From a virus (Duplodnaviria > Heunggongvirae > Uroviricota > Caudoviricetes): 62,746 nucleotides of DNA. Positions 47,417-56,600 of the stretch are shown piece by piece (positions within the stretch are counted from its first letter, which is position 1; every line of letters begins with the position of its first letter). The position numbers were made by a program, and so were the translations under genes. The notes under the pieces are model-generated. The model was not told where the DNA came from and searched no databases. It worked only from the letters and a program-made list of their open reading frames with translations. The stretch is from the IMG/VR virus record IMGVR_UViG_3300046311_000202. The stretch is one strand, 5' to 3'.

Positions 47417-48514
47417 ATGTGTAACTGCGGAAGAACAACGAATACAATATGTACATCATCATGTCAAACAGTTGATTGTGCTTGTCCAATTAAAGACTTA
47501 AGCACAGATTGTGTACTTTATACAGGTGAGGATTTACCTTGCACTGAAATAAAAACAGGAACGCTTTTAACAGAAGCCTTTGGTCAATTAGACACATACC
47601 TTTGTGATTTATCAAATCAATTAGCAAACTCTTTCAGTTTAATAAGTGTTGGTCAAGGAACTAGAGTATATAAAGGAGTAGATGGAATTGGTAGAAAAGA
47701 GATTAGATCTATTACACCATCAAACACTATTATAACAGTAGATTTGTCAACAGACGATAAAGAAATAGAAATAGGACTAGATGTAGTAATACTAAAAGAC
47801 TTTATACAAGATAACCAGATAACATACTCTGCATCAAATGTAGGTACAGGAGCTGGTGTATACAAAAATGCAATTAGAACTGGAGACAATGTAAACTTAA
47901 GCTTTAAAAGACTAAAATCTCAAAATGGTACAATAACTATTACAGAAGAGGCAAACGAAATAGATTTTGCAGTATCAGTAGATGGAAGCGAAACAAAAGT
48001 TACAGCAGGTACAGCAATATCTGTTTCAGGAACTGGTACAATAGCTTCTCCTTATGTAGTAACAAATACAGCACCAGACCAAGTAGTTGCAATAGCAGGT
48101 TCAGGGGCTACAACAGTTAGCGGATCTTATCCTAACTTCACTGTTAGCTCAACTGACACTGATACAACATACTCAGCAGGACTGGGCTTGTATTTATCAG
48201 GTACAACCTTTGGAGTAAGAAACTTACAAAAAGTTATTACCGGAGACTATACCTTAACAAATGGCGATGTAGAACATACAATATTTATAGATAATGGAAC
48301 TTCACCTGTAACAATTACAGTACCTGCAGGATTATCAATAGGCTTTGAAGTGGGTTTTGTACAAGAAGGTACAGGATTAGTTACATTTGTTGCCTCAGGC
48401 ACTACAATAAACACCGCTACAGGGCTTAAAATAAAAGGGCAAAACTATCAAGCTTTTCTTGAAAAGAAACTTTCATCAGAAACTTTTTATTTACTAGGTA
48501 ATGTAATAGCATAA
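47417..48514 (+). CDS. Fibre-like structural protein with C-terminal adaptor domain
   Basis: STDCVLYTGEDLPC N-terminus; fibre-type repeats. Confidence 0.65.
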   Translation: MCNCGRTTNTICTSSCQTVDCACPIKDLSTDCVLYTGEDLPCTEIKTGTLLTEAFGQLDTYLCDLSNQLANSFSLISVGQGTRVYKGVDGIGRKEIRSITPSNTIITVDLSTDDKEIEIGLDVVILKDFIQDNQITYSASNVGTGAGVYKNAIRTGDNVNLSFKRLKSQNGTITITEEANEIDFAVSVDGSETKVTAGTAISVSGTGTIASPYVVTNTAPDQVVAIAGSGATTVSGSYPNFTVSSTDTDTTYSAGLGLYLSGTTFGVRNLQKVITGDYTLTNGDVEHTIFIDNGTSPVTITVPAGLSIGFEVGFVQEGTGLVTFVASGTTINTATGLKIKGQNYQAFLEKKLSSETFYLLGNVIA

Positions 48515-48516
48515 CT

Positions 48517-49743
48517 ATGAAAAATTTCAAAAGAAATATATACAGATTATCTGAGGAAATACCTGCTACTACGACTACTAGTACTACTAGTACAACTAGT
48601 ACGACAACTGTACCACCTACAACAACCACAACTAGTACAACGACTACAACAACTAGTACTACAACTAGCACAACTACGGCTGCACCAGCTTCTATTTACA
48701 TAGCAACAGGTACACCAATTTGTAGATCAACAGGAAATTGTAATGATAATGCAACATGTGGTATCATATTCCCAGTTAATATAACAGGAGCACCTGTTGG
48801 TTACTACGTAGAAGCATCTACAGTTGCATCTTCAGGAGCTACAGCAATGTATACACCAACACAAGTAGAGTATACAGAGACGAATGCATCTGGAACAGTT
48901 ACTATAAGATTAGAGTTGTATGATTATTTTGGAGGTACAATGATTGCTCTTACTGAGCAAACAATAACTCACCAAGCATCATATCCATTTGTAATAGCTT
49001 GTTCAGGTAATACAACCACTACTACGACTAGTACAACAACAGCTGCACCTACGACTACTACAACTAGTACAACAACAGCTGCACCTACGACTACTACAAC
49101 TAGTACAACAACAGCTGCACCTACGACTACTACAACTAGTACAACAACAACCACAGCTCCACCTGCACAATGCCTTGAGTACTTATTAGGCACAAATACA
49201 AATGGAGGAGCTAATTATACAGATTGTGGAGGAAACCCTCAATCAATTAGCATAGGAGGTACAAGCGGTTATGACTCTACAACGTTCTGTGCTTTAGACG
49301 GTACCGTAGTGACTAATGGTGATGCAACCTTGAATGTAACAGGAGTATGTCCAGAAGAGACTACAACTACAACAACTACAACAACTAGTACAACAACAGC
49401 TGCACCAAGCCAAGGAAACATAAGTGTTTATAACTTAAATTCTCCAGGTGCTAATGCATATTTGAACAATGTACAAGTAGATGGAACAGATATTATAGTA
49501 CCACTAGGCACTTTCCCACTTTCACCAGGAGCATCAGCAATAGGTGTATATGCCGGAACATCTTTTTCTACAATAGTAGTATTCTCTTCTCATGGAGCAG
49601 ATACTCCAGTAAGAGTATCAACATCTGCAGGATATAGCCAATGTCAAGTAAGCAGTGGTTATGTAGAGTTTACGGGAGTAGATTTATCTACAGATCCATC
49701 AATAAGTGTAACTCTTGATCAAGAAGGCTCAGGTTGTATTTAA
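48517..49743 (+). CDS. Mucin-like Thr-rich multidomain protein
   Basis: Three long TTTTSTTT(AAP) tracts separating three small domains. Confidence 0.7.
   Translation: MKNFKRNIYRLSEEIPATTTTSTTSTTSTTTVPPTTTTTSTTTTTTSTTTSTTTAAPASIYIATGTPICRSTGNCNDNATCGIIFPVNITGAPVGYYVEASTVASSGATAMYTPTQVEYTETNASGTVTIRLELYDYFGGTMIALTEQTITHQASYPFVIACSGNTTTTTTSTTTAAPTTTTTSTTTAAPTTTTTSTTTAAPTTTTTSTTTTTAPPAQCLEYLLGTNTNGGANYTDCGGNPQSISIGGTSGYDSTTFCALDGTVVTNGDATLNVTGVCPEETTTTTTTTTSTTTAAPSQGNISVYNLNSPGANAYLNNVQVDGTDIIVPLGTFPLSPGASAIGVYAGTSFSTIVVFSSHGADTPVRVSTSAGYSQCQVSSGYVEFTGVDLSTDPSISVTLDQEGSGCI
49027..49149 (+). repeat. 36-bp tandem repeat (~3.4 copies) encoding TTTTTSTTTAAP
   Basis: Unit ACGACTACTACAACTAGTACAACAACAGCTGCACCT repeated exactly. 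Confidence 0.9.
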
Positions 49744-49760
49744 TAAATAAATAAATAAAA

Positions 49761-50444
49761 ATGAAAGTACTAATATTTACCCCCTCACATTTCAAGAGGG
49801 GGGCAATGTTAAGATACACTTTACTAGATGTACTTAACCAAACATATAAAGATTTTACATTTGCACTAAGTCTTAAAATTGATGACTTTCAACAAGTTTT
49901 TAATAATGTATTGATAGATGATATAAAAGATCCAAGAGTAGTTTATACAGAGCAGATAAACCACAAAGTTTGCTTCACTCACTATAATGCTATGGACACT
50001 ATAAAATCAGTACCTAATTATCAAGATTATGATTTATTCATAAAGATGGATGACGATGATATCTATAAAAAAGATTATATAAAAAACTTAGTAGACTTTT
50101 TTAAAAGTAACCCAGATGCAGACATTGCCTCTTCTAAAGTAGGAACACAGTTAAATGGGTTCACAGTTATAAAAAATAAGAGTGGTTATACTACCTTAGG
50201 AAGAATATCTAAAGAGGATAACTCACACATGCCTATGACTTTTGCCTTTACTAAAAAAGCATTAGATCAAATTATTAATTTGACAAGAAAAGAATTAGGA
50301 AATGATTGGGAAGATGTAGCTTGGAGAAAGGCATGGATGAAAGCTGGTCTTATTCACAAGGAAATAGACAATGCAGATCAAACTATTTGGAATGTGCATG
50401 GTAAAAATACCACTACTAATAATTATTTAATAAAAAGAAATTAA
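49761..50444 (+). CDS. Glycosyltransferase family 2
   Basis: IFTP...VLNQTYKDF...FIKMDDDDIY. Confidence 0.8.
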   Translation: MKVLIFTPSHFKRGAMLRYTLLDVLNQTYKDFTFALSLKIDDFQQVFNNVLIDDIKDPRVVYTEQINHKVCFTHYNAMDTIKSVPNYQDYDLFIKMDDDDIYKKDYIKNLVDFFKSNPDADIASSKVGTQLNGFTVIKNKSGYTTLGRISKEDNSHMPMTFAFTKKALDQIINLTRKELGNDWEDVAWRKAWMKAGLIHKEIDNADQTIWNVHGKNTTTNNYLIKRN

Positions 50445-50449
50445 TAGTT

Positions 50450-51373
50450 ATGAGATACATATGTGCACAACCAGCCAGCAATTATTATACCTGGCAAGTA
50501 GAAGTACTTATAAACAACTTCAAAAAGCATGGGGTAAACCCTAATAAAATTGACATTCTTTGTGCAACACAAAATAATCACATACCACAAGATTGGATAA
50601 AACTACAACAGCATTATAACACAGTAAGATTCTTTTTCTATAATGATAGTAGGGCAGATAAGAGCTATGTACCATCAGTGTACTTCAACCTTATGAGCAG
50701 TCACATGAAAGCTCACCCAGAATTAAAAGAAGAGAGATTATTTTTACACGATAGTGATATAGTTTTTACAAGACCACCGGAAGTTCAATGGGTAGTAGAT
50801 AAGAAAATATGGTACATGAGTGATACAAACTCATACATAAACTACGACTACATACAACAGAAAGGGAACGAGGTATACGAAAGCATGTGCGAAATAGTAG
50901 GTATAGATAAAACAATACCTAAGCTAATGAATAGTAATTCAGGAGGGGCACAGTATATAATAATTGGTGAGGGATATGAATTTTGGGAAAAAGTAGAAAA
51001 AGACAGTGTAGAACTATACAAATACTTTTGCAAACAAGAACCATTACATGTAAAAAAACACCCTGCTGATTACCCTATACAAAAGTGGACAGCCGGCATG
51101 TGGTCATTACTTTGGAACGCTTGGCTAAGTGGTCATGAGACAAAGGTAGATCCTAGACTTGACTTTGGATGGACCATACATGGTTTAGAGTCCATTGATA
51201 AATATTGGATATTACATAATGCAGGTGTTGGACCAGATCATAAAGATCTTTTTTACAAGGCCGCTTATATAAATAAACTACCTTACAAAGATAACTTACA
51301 AATAAGAGAGAATAGTGCTAGTATGTATTACTGGCAACAAGTACAAGAAGCCGCAAAGGTTTCTGTACTATAA
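50450..51373 (+). CDS. Glycosyltransferase resembling plant peptidyl-Ser/Hyp O-glycosyltransferases (GT96/GT95-like)
   Basis: YYTWQVEVLINNF N-terminal motif, LFLHDSDIVF DxD, WTAGMWSLLW, ILHNAG. Confidence 0.55.
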   Translation: MRYICAQPASNYYTWQVEVLINNFKKHGVNPNKIDILCATQNNHIPQDWIKLQQHYNTVRFFFYNDSRADKSYVPSVYFNLMSSHMKAHPELKEERLFLHDSDIVFTRPPEVQWVVDKKIWYMSDTNSYINYDYIQQKGNEVYESMCEIVGIDKTIPKLMNSNSGGAQYIIIGEGYEFWEKVEKDSVELYKYFCKQEPLHVKKHPADYPIQKWTAGMWSLLWNAWLSGHETKVDPRLDFGWTIHGLESIDKYWILHNAGVGPDHKDLFYKAAYINKLPYKDNLQIRENSASMYYWQQVQEAAKVSVL

Positions 51374-51377
51374 CGAT

Positions 51378-51404
51378 AAGAGGTTTTTGGTTTTCCTCTT
51401 TTTT
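51378..51404 (+). terminator. Intrinsic terminator 1
   Basis: AAGAGG...CCTCTT + T-tract. Confidence 0.6.
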
Positions 51405-51414
51405 CTGTTGGGTG

Positions 51415-51443
51415 AGGGGGGGCTTCGGCCCCTCTTCTTTTTT
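51415..51443 (+). terminator. Intrinsic terminator 2 (cUUCGg)
   Basis: GAGGGG-GGC-TTCG-GCC-CCTC + T-rich tail. Confidence 0.75.
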
Positions 51444-51453
51444 AAAATCTTTA

Positions 51454-51490
51454 ACTAATTTGGTAAACACAAAAAATTTTACTAATTTTG
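51454..51490 (+). promoter_or_regulatory. Tandem ACTAATTT(T/G)G late promoter (27-bp period)
   Basis: Copies at 51454 and 51481. Confidence 0.65.
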
Positions 51491-51510
51491 TAACCTTAAA
51501 ACATATAAAA

Positions 51511-52179
51511 GTGACTAATTCAGAATTTACATCAAGAGTACTAAATGGACTAAATTCGTTATCTAAGGATGACAGGATTTCACGTAGATATATACTTCAT
51601 GTTGGAAAACAAAAATCAACATTTTATATATCACAAAAGCTTAATGACAGGAGTTTATTTAGAGAAGATAACCTATATACAACACTAGATTGTTTTGAGC
51701 TAGAAAGAATAGAATCAGTAAAATGTGATATCATAGAGTTTAGAAAGTGTAACTCTATAATGAAGTCAAAAAAGAAACTACCTAAACTTATTTACAGCAG
51801 ATACGGTAACACTCTTAAAGAGGTTACAACAGTTGACGATGTAAAAGAGTTTAAATCTACTACACCATCACAGTATAGAAGAGATAAAGCTAGGGTTTCT
51901 GGAACAGACTACATAAACTACTACGTAAAAGACGGCTATCTATACTTATTAGATACAGAAATACAAATTGTAAACTTATACCTACTTACAGTAGACCTAG
52001 ACCAAATAGATGATGCATCAGCATGCAGCGAACCAGGATGTAAAAGCCTATGGGAATATGATTTTGTAGTCCCAGATAAGTTAGAAGAGCTAATAATATC
52101 AGAGACTGTAAAAGAAGTATCTATGAAAAAACAAGTAGCATTAGACGAAAACCCTAATTTAAACAATAACGAGAAGTAA
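51511..52179 (+). CDS. Ring/connector-like structural protein (likely GTG start 51511)
   Basis: The ORF-track start at 51412 runs through terminators and promoter; GTG follows an A-rich leader. Confidence 0.55.
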   Translation: MTNSEFTSRVLNGLNSLSKDDRISRRYILHVGKQKSTFYISQKLNDRSLFREDNLYTTLDCFELERIESVKCDIIEFRKCNSIMKSKKKLPKLIYSRYGNTLKEVTTVDDVKEFKSTTPSQYRRDKARVSGTDYINYYVKDGYLYLLDTEIQIVNLYLLTVDLDQIDDASACSEPGCKSLWEYDFVVPDKLEELIISETVKEVSMKKQVALDENPNLNNNEK

Positions 52180-52181
52180 GA

Positions 52182-52724
52182 ATGAAGACACCTAGTAAAC
52201 CTTTTACTAAGGAAGCCTTTAGATATATTTTTAGAAGCAGGGGTAGAAAGAAATCTCTTGGTGATCTTGGAAGCAGTTTCTCTTTAAGAGACTACAAAGC
52301 TTATCAATACTACAGAGATAACTCTAAACTTGCAAACCTAGAAGACGTAGAGAATTACATAGAGCACGGAAAGATAGTGTCTAAATTTTACGAGATAGTA
52401 GGTGAAAAAATAGCAGAGTCTTCAGGTGGAGTCTTTGTAGATGGTCTAGGGTATTTTGGGGTAATACAAGAAATGGATAATAAAAGCTCCCACAACCCAG
52501 TTGATGGATCAATAAAGCTAAATCCAAGGACAGACAATAAGATATATAACTTAGCCTTTGTACCTATCGAAACAGACAACATATTTAAACCGTGGGTATT
52601 TGATTATAGCTTTTCTAGGAAAGTTAAGAAAGCCTTGTCTATTAGCTTAAAGGCAGGTAAAAAATATACATTTAACGCATCTCTATTTTTTAATAAACTA
52701 AGAAAACAAGGTAACGACCTGTAA
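52182..52724 (+). CDS. IHF/HU-like protein
   Basis: ...GGVFVDGLGYFGV beta-arm pattern; position as in crAss-like tail modules. Confidence 0.45.
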   Translation: MKTPSKPFTKEAFRYIFRSRGRKKSLGDLGSSFSLRDYKAYQYYRDNSKLANLEDVENYIEHGKIVSKFYEIVGEKIAESSGGVFVDGLGYFGVIQEMDNKSSHNPVDGSIKLNPRTDNKIYNLAFVPIETDNIFKPWVFDYSFSRKVKKALSISLKAGKKYTFNASLFFNKLRKQGNDL

Positions 52725-52739
52725 TAAAAAATATAAGTA

Positions 52740-53603
52740 ATGACTAGAAAGCAACTAATAGCAGAAATACTATCCGACTTAAGACAGTACGATGAATCAG
52801 GTCTTATTGATTATAGATCAGTAAATCTATGGATAAAAAGCGAGCTTAAGAGATTTGGTGCGAACATAACAACTCTTACAGAAAAAGTCTTAGAGGTAGA
52901 AGATGGTAAAGTAGATTTACCGGAAGACTTCTGGAGCTTACACTTAGCTGTAAAATGCACACAGGATAGCCACGAGTTTGAAAAAGGCACAAGACAAGAC
53001 GTGCAAGATTCACAATACTACACACAAAGGATAGAGAATACCTATACTTGGGATAACTTGTCTGGTACACATAAGAAGACAGACTACAAAGAAATAATAG
53101 AAAAGAAATATTATAACAATACTGTTATAAACTTTAGATATACTAATCCAATTATACTAAAGCTTACAAAAGGTATAAAAAAAGAATACTGTAGCCCAGG
53201 CTGCAAAAACTTACAAAGTCAACTAACACACTCTGCAGAACATGAGATAAACATAGTTGGTAATAAGATACAAGCTAACTTCAAGAAGGGGTATATATAC
53301 ATGCAGTATAACGCAATACCATCAGATGAGACCGGTGATCTTTATATCCCAGATGTGGTAAGTTTACAGGAATACCTTATGTACTTTGTAAAAAGAAAGA
53401 TACTAGAAAGTTTATGGATGAATGACGATGATGTCAACTTAATAAACAAACTTACGTATATAAAACAGCAAGAAAGAGAGTACTTTGGACTTGCAATGAC
53501 ACAAGTAAAATTTGAAGGTCTAGGAAGAAATTGGCAGGATAAGTTGAAGATGAAAATGATCCAAGAGACTAATAGATTTGAAAGAATGTTTCCTAATTTA
53601 TAA
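52740..53603 (+). CDS. Tail ring / tubular protein
   Basis: MTRKQLIAEILSDL...VDLPEDF...GYIYMQY..IP...LYIPD pattern. Confidence 0.55.
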   Translation: MTRKQLIAEILSDLRQYDESGLIDYRSVNLWIKSELKRFGANITTLTEKVLEVEDGKVDLPEDFWSLHLAVKCTQDSHEFEKGTRQDVQDSQYYTQRIENTYTWDNLSGTHKKTDYKEIIEKKYYNNTVINFRYTNPIILKLTKGIKKEYCSPGCKNLQSQLTHSAEHEINIVGNKIQANFKKGYIYMQYNAIPSDETGDLYIPDVVSLQEYLMYFVKRKILESLWMNDDDVNLINKLTYIKQQEREYFGLAMTQVKFEGLGRNWQDKLKMKMIQETNRFERMFPNL

Positions 53604-53614
53604 TAAAAACCATA

Positions 53615-56600
53615 ATGGCACAACAACAGAATAAGAAAATAAATTTAAGTTCTGCTAAGACAGGAATGGTGAAGGATACTCATCCGTCACAATTAACAGA
53701 TGCTCAATATACACATGCCTTAAATGCTAACATAGAAAGTGAATCTGGAGACAGTTTTAACCTAACGAATGAGAAATCTAACATACTTGCTTCTAAGTTT
53801 AAAGCAGGTTTTAAAGTTATAGGTTTTGAAAACGACATTGATTCTAACTCTACTTTTTTCTTTTTAACAAATCCCTCTACTGGCGTAGGGGAATTTGGCG
53901 TTATAGAGGATAACCAAAATACTAACGATATATCTGATATCCTGGTTGACTGCAAAGACTGTAATAAAGCAAACCAGTTGGCCGAGCCATTAGAGAACTT
54001 AGTTCAATTACCACTACAAACATACACAACATTACTTACAGATGCGGATGGATACTTAAACCCAACCACAAATATCTGCATGCCTTTTGTTAAAGGATCC
54101 GGCTTTAATTTTAGCGTAGATCATCCAATAAAAAAGATAGTTATAAAAAATGAGAAGTGTGGAAAAAATATCTACTTCTCAGATGACTACAATGTACCAA
54201 GACACATAAACATCACAGATTTATTAGACGGTAAGTACCATGACCAAAACGTACCTTGTAACGACAATGTTACAACCCCTTGTATAAACTATGATGAACT
54301 AAGAATCTTCAAACTTTTTAACATACCTAAAATTGAACCAGCTACTATAGAGTTAGGTGGTAGATTACCTATGGGTATGTACGAGTTCTTGATAGCTTAC
54401 TCAGATGCAGCAGGTAATGAAATATCCCCATACTATTCTATAACAAACCCAATAGCGATATTTGATAAAAACAATAGAATACTAGAGCAAAAGAACTTAG
54501 CTGACAGAACGAACTTAGCTATAAGACTTGTTGTATCAGGATTAGATAAAAAGTACTCTCACTATAAAGTTGCTGTAATACAGACAGCTGACATTGAGGG
54601 GGCTTCTAGATACTTCATAGAGGGGATACACACAATTAATGACAACACTGTAGTTTATACTACTGAGCAAAATAAATTAGCTACAAGCTTTGATAAACTA
54701 CTCATAGACCAACTAAATGTAGAAAGATCAGAAGGACTTACAGCATCAAATAATATACTGTTTCAATACGGTATAACTCAAAAGAAAGAGATAAACTTAC
54801 AACCAGTAATGAACTTACTTGGTGAGTTTATGCAATGGCAAACACACATTGCACCAGAAAGCCTATATGAAAATGGAGTACTAAGCTCTAAATTCTTAGG
54901 TTATAATAGAGATGAAGTAGTACCATTTTCAATACGATTTTTATTAGATGGTGGATATGAGACATCTATATTTCCATTGATAAGCAGAAAAATGTTATTG
55001 TTTGAAGACGAGCTAGTAGTAAATGAAGCTGGAGTCGGCATAAACGATGATATAGAATCTATAATAAAAAACAAGCAAGAGTGTAATACAGTAAATAGAA
55101 ACAAAAGATGGCAGTTTTATAACACAGCCTTTTTGGATGATAGTACTGTATGCGAAGGAAATGATAGTATAGAAACAGTAGTAGTTACGGAACCTATTAC
55201 AAAAACTTGCATTGTAGAAGAGGTAGAAACAGTAGCATCAGGTACGATAAGCATCGAACTTGATAACGAAGACTATATAGACTTAGCTCAATACATAGAA
55301 GATAATAAAGGCAATTGTCCATCAGAATTTATAGGTACAGACATATGTGCAGCTTTAGGAGCAGATTACTCTGCTGTAGAGTGCGACATTGATCCGTTTT
55401 TAGATATGGATTGCAGCGATATTACAGTTGTTCCAGAAATAGTTATAGGAGATATAACCAATGAAGTAACAGAGAAAATAGAGAAAATATTCCCTTCAAA
55501 CTACGTAGTGGCTAGAGCACCAAAAAATTGTAATGTATACCCAAATAACGACTCAACTCAACCGGCACAGGATCCAAACAACATATTGGGCTATCAGCCA
55601 GGACAGCAAGATCAACCACTAACTGTATATGTAAGGGATTCAGATTTTGAAAATGAAGATTGTGCATATGCAACAGAGATAGTTAACTATACAAATACTT
55701 CAGATAATCTAAATTTAGGAGCAGTTAATAATTATTATGTAGCATCTTCACAAAACTCCTTACTGACTAGTAAAACACCTGCAGCTTCTGGTATATCTGG
55801 AAACTTCTTAAATAAGATACACAAAGGTGGGCTATGGTTTAAGGGGGATACTGAAGGTAAAAGTAAGTTTATAGTTGACATAAGTAAACAAAAAGTTACA
55901 GCATATACAGACGACTTAAATTCAGGGTCACAAGTAAGGGTTTCTATATTCAAAAGTTGCTCAGATGCAACAGCTATATACTCAAAGATAGTAGATCTAT
56001 CTTCTGGGGAGATGTTGCTTTTTGAAAAAGACGGAACAACTTTAAAAATAAAAGATTCATCAGGCACAGCTATACCACCTATACCTAATGGCTGGCCTTC
56101 AAATAAAAAATACTTTGTAGTAGTAGATGCACCTATCACAACTAGATCTATAGATACAGATCCAGACATGCTTATTACAACACTAGAAACTGTATACCTA
56201 GTTACCCCAACAAAGAGTTGCTACACAGTTACAAAAAGAGATATAGAGTTTAGCAGAATAGATGTATCTTGGGACGCTATAAGAATAGATAAAAAATTAG
56301 TATACCAAGCAACTTGTAACTTTAATCAACCAATAGTACAAAGTTGTAAAGCAATACCATTTAAAAAAGGTAATTTTGCGTACTGGGAAAGTGAAGAAAC
56401 TTATCCAGACAATCCTGAGTTGTATGACTCAAGAAGTTTATCAATACCTCAAAACTTTATACCAGTTGATTTAAGAAGTGAGTTTGAGGACGCTTTTGTA
56501 AAAAGTATAGCTAATGGTAAATACATACTAAATGATAATGCAAACTTTACTTGTGCCAATATAAGACACTTTAAGTTTCCAGATAATCAATTAGTACCTT

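Noticed and set aside
48517-49400. CRISPR-like array or diversity-generating retroelement repeats
   Set aside because: Repeats are contiguous coding Thr codons without unique spacers; no reverse transcriptase or TR/VR pair with adenine-specific differences in the window
51412-51510. ORF-track N-terminus MRGGFGPSS... for gene 51412..52179
   Set aside because: It runs through two terminators and the tandem promoter; GTG at 51511 is the plausible start
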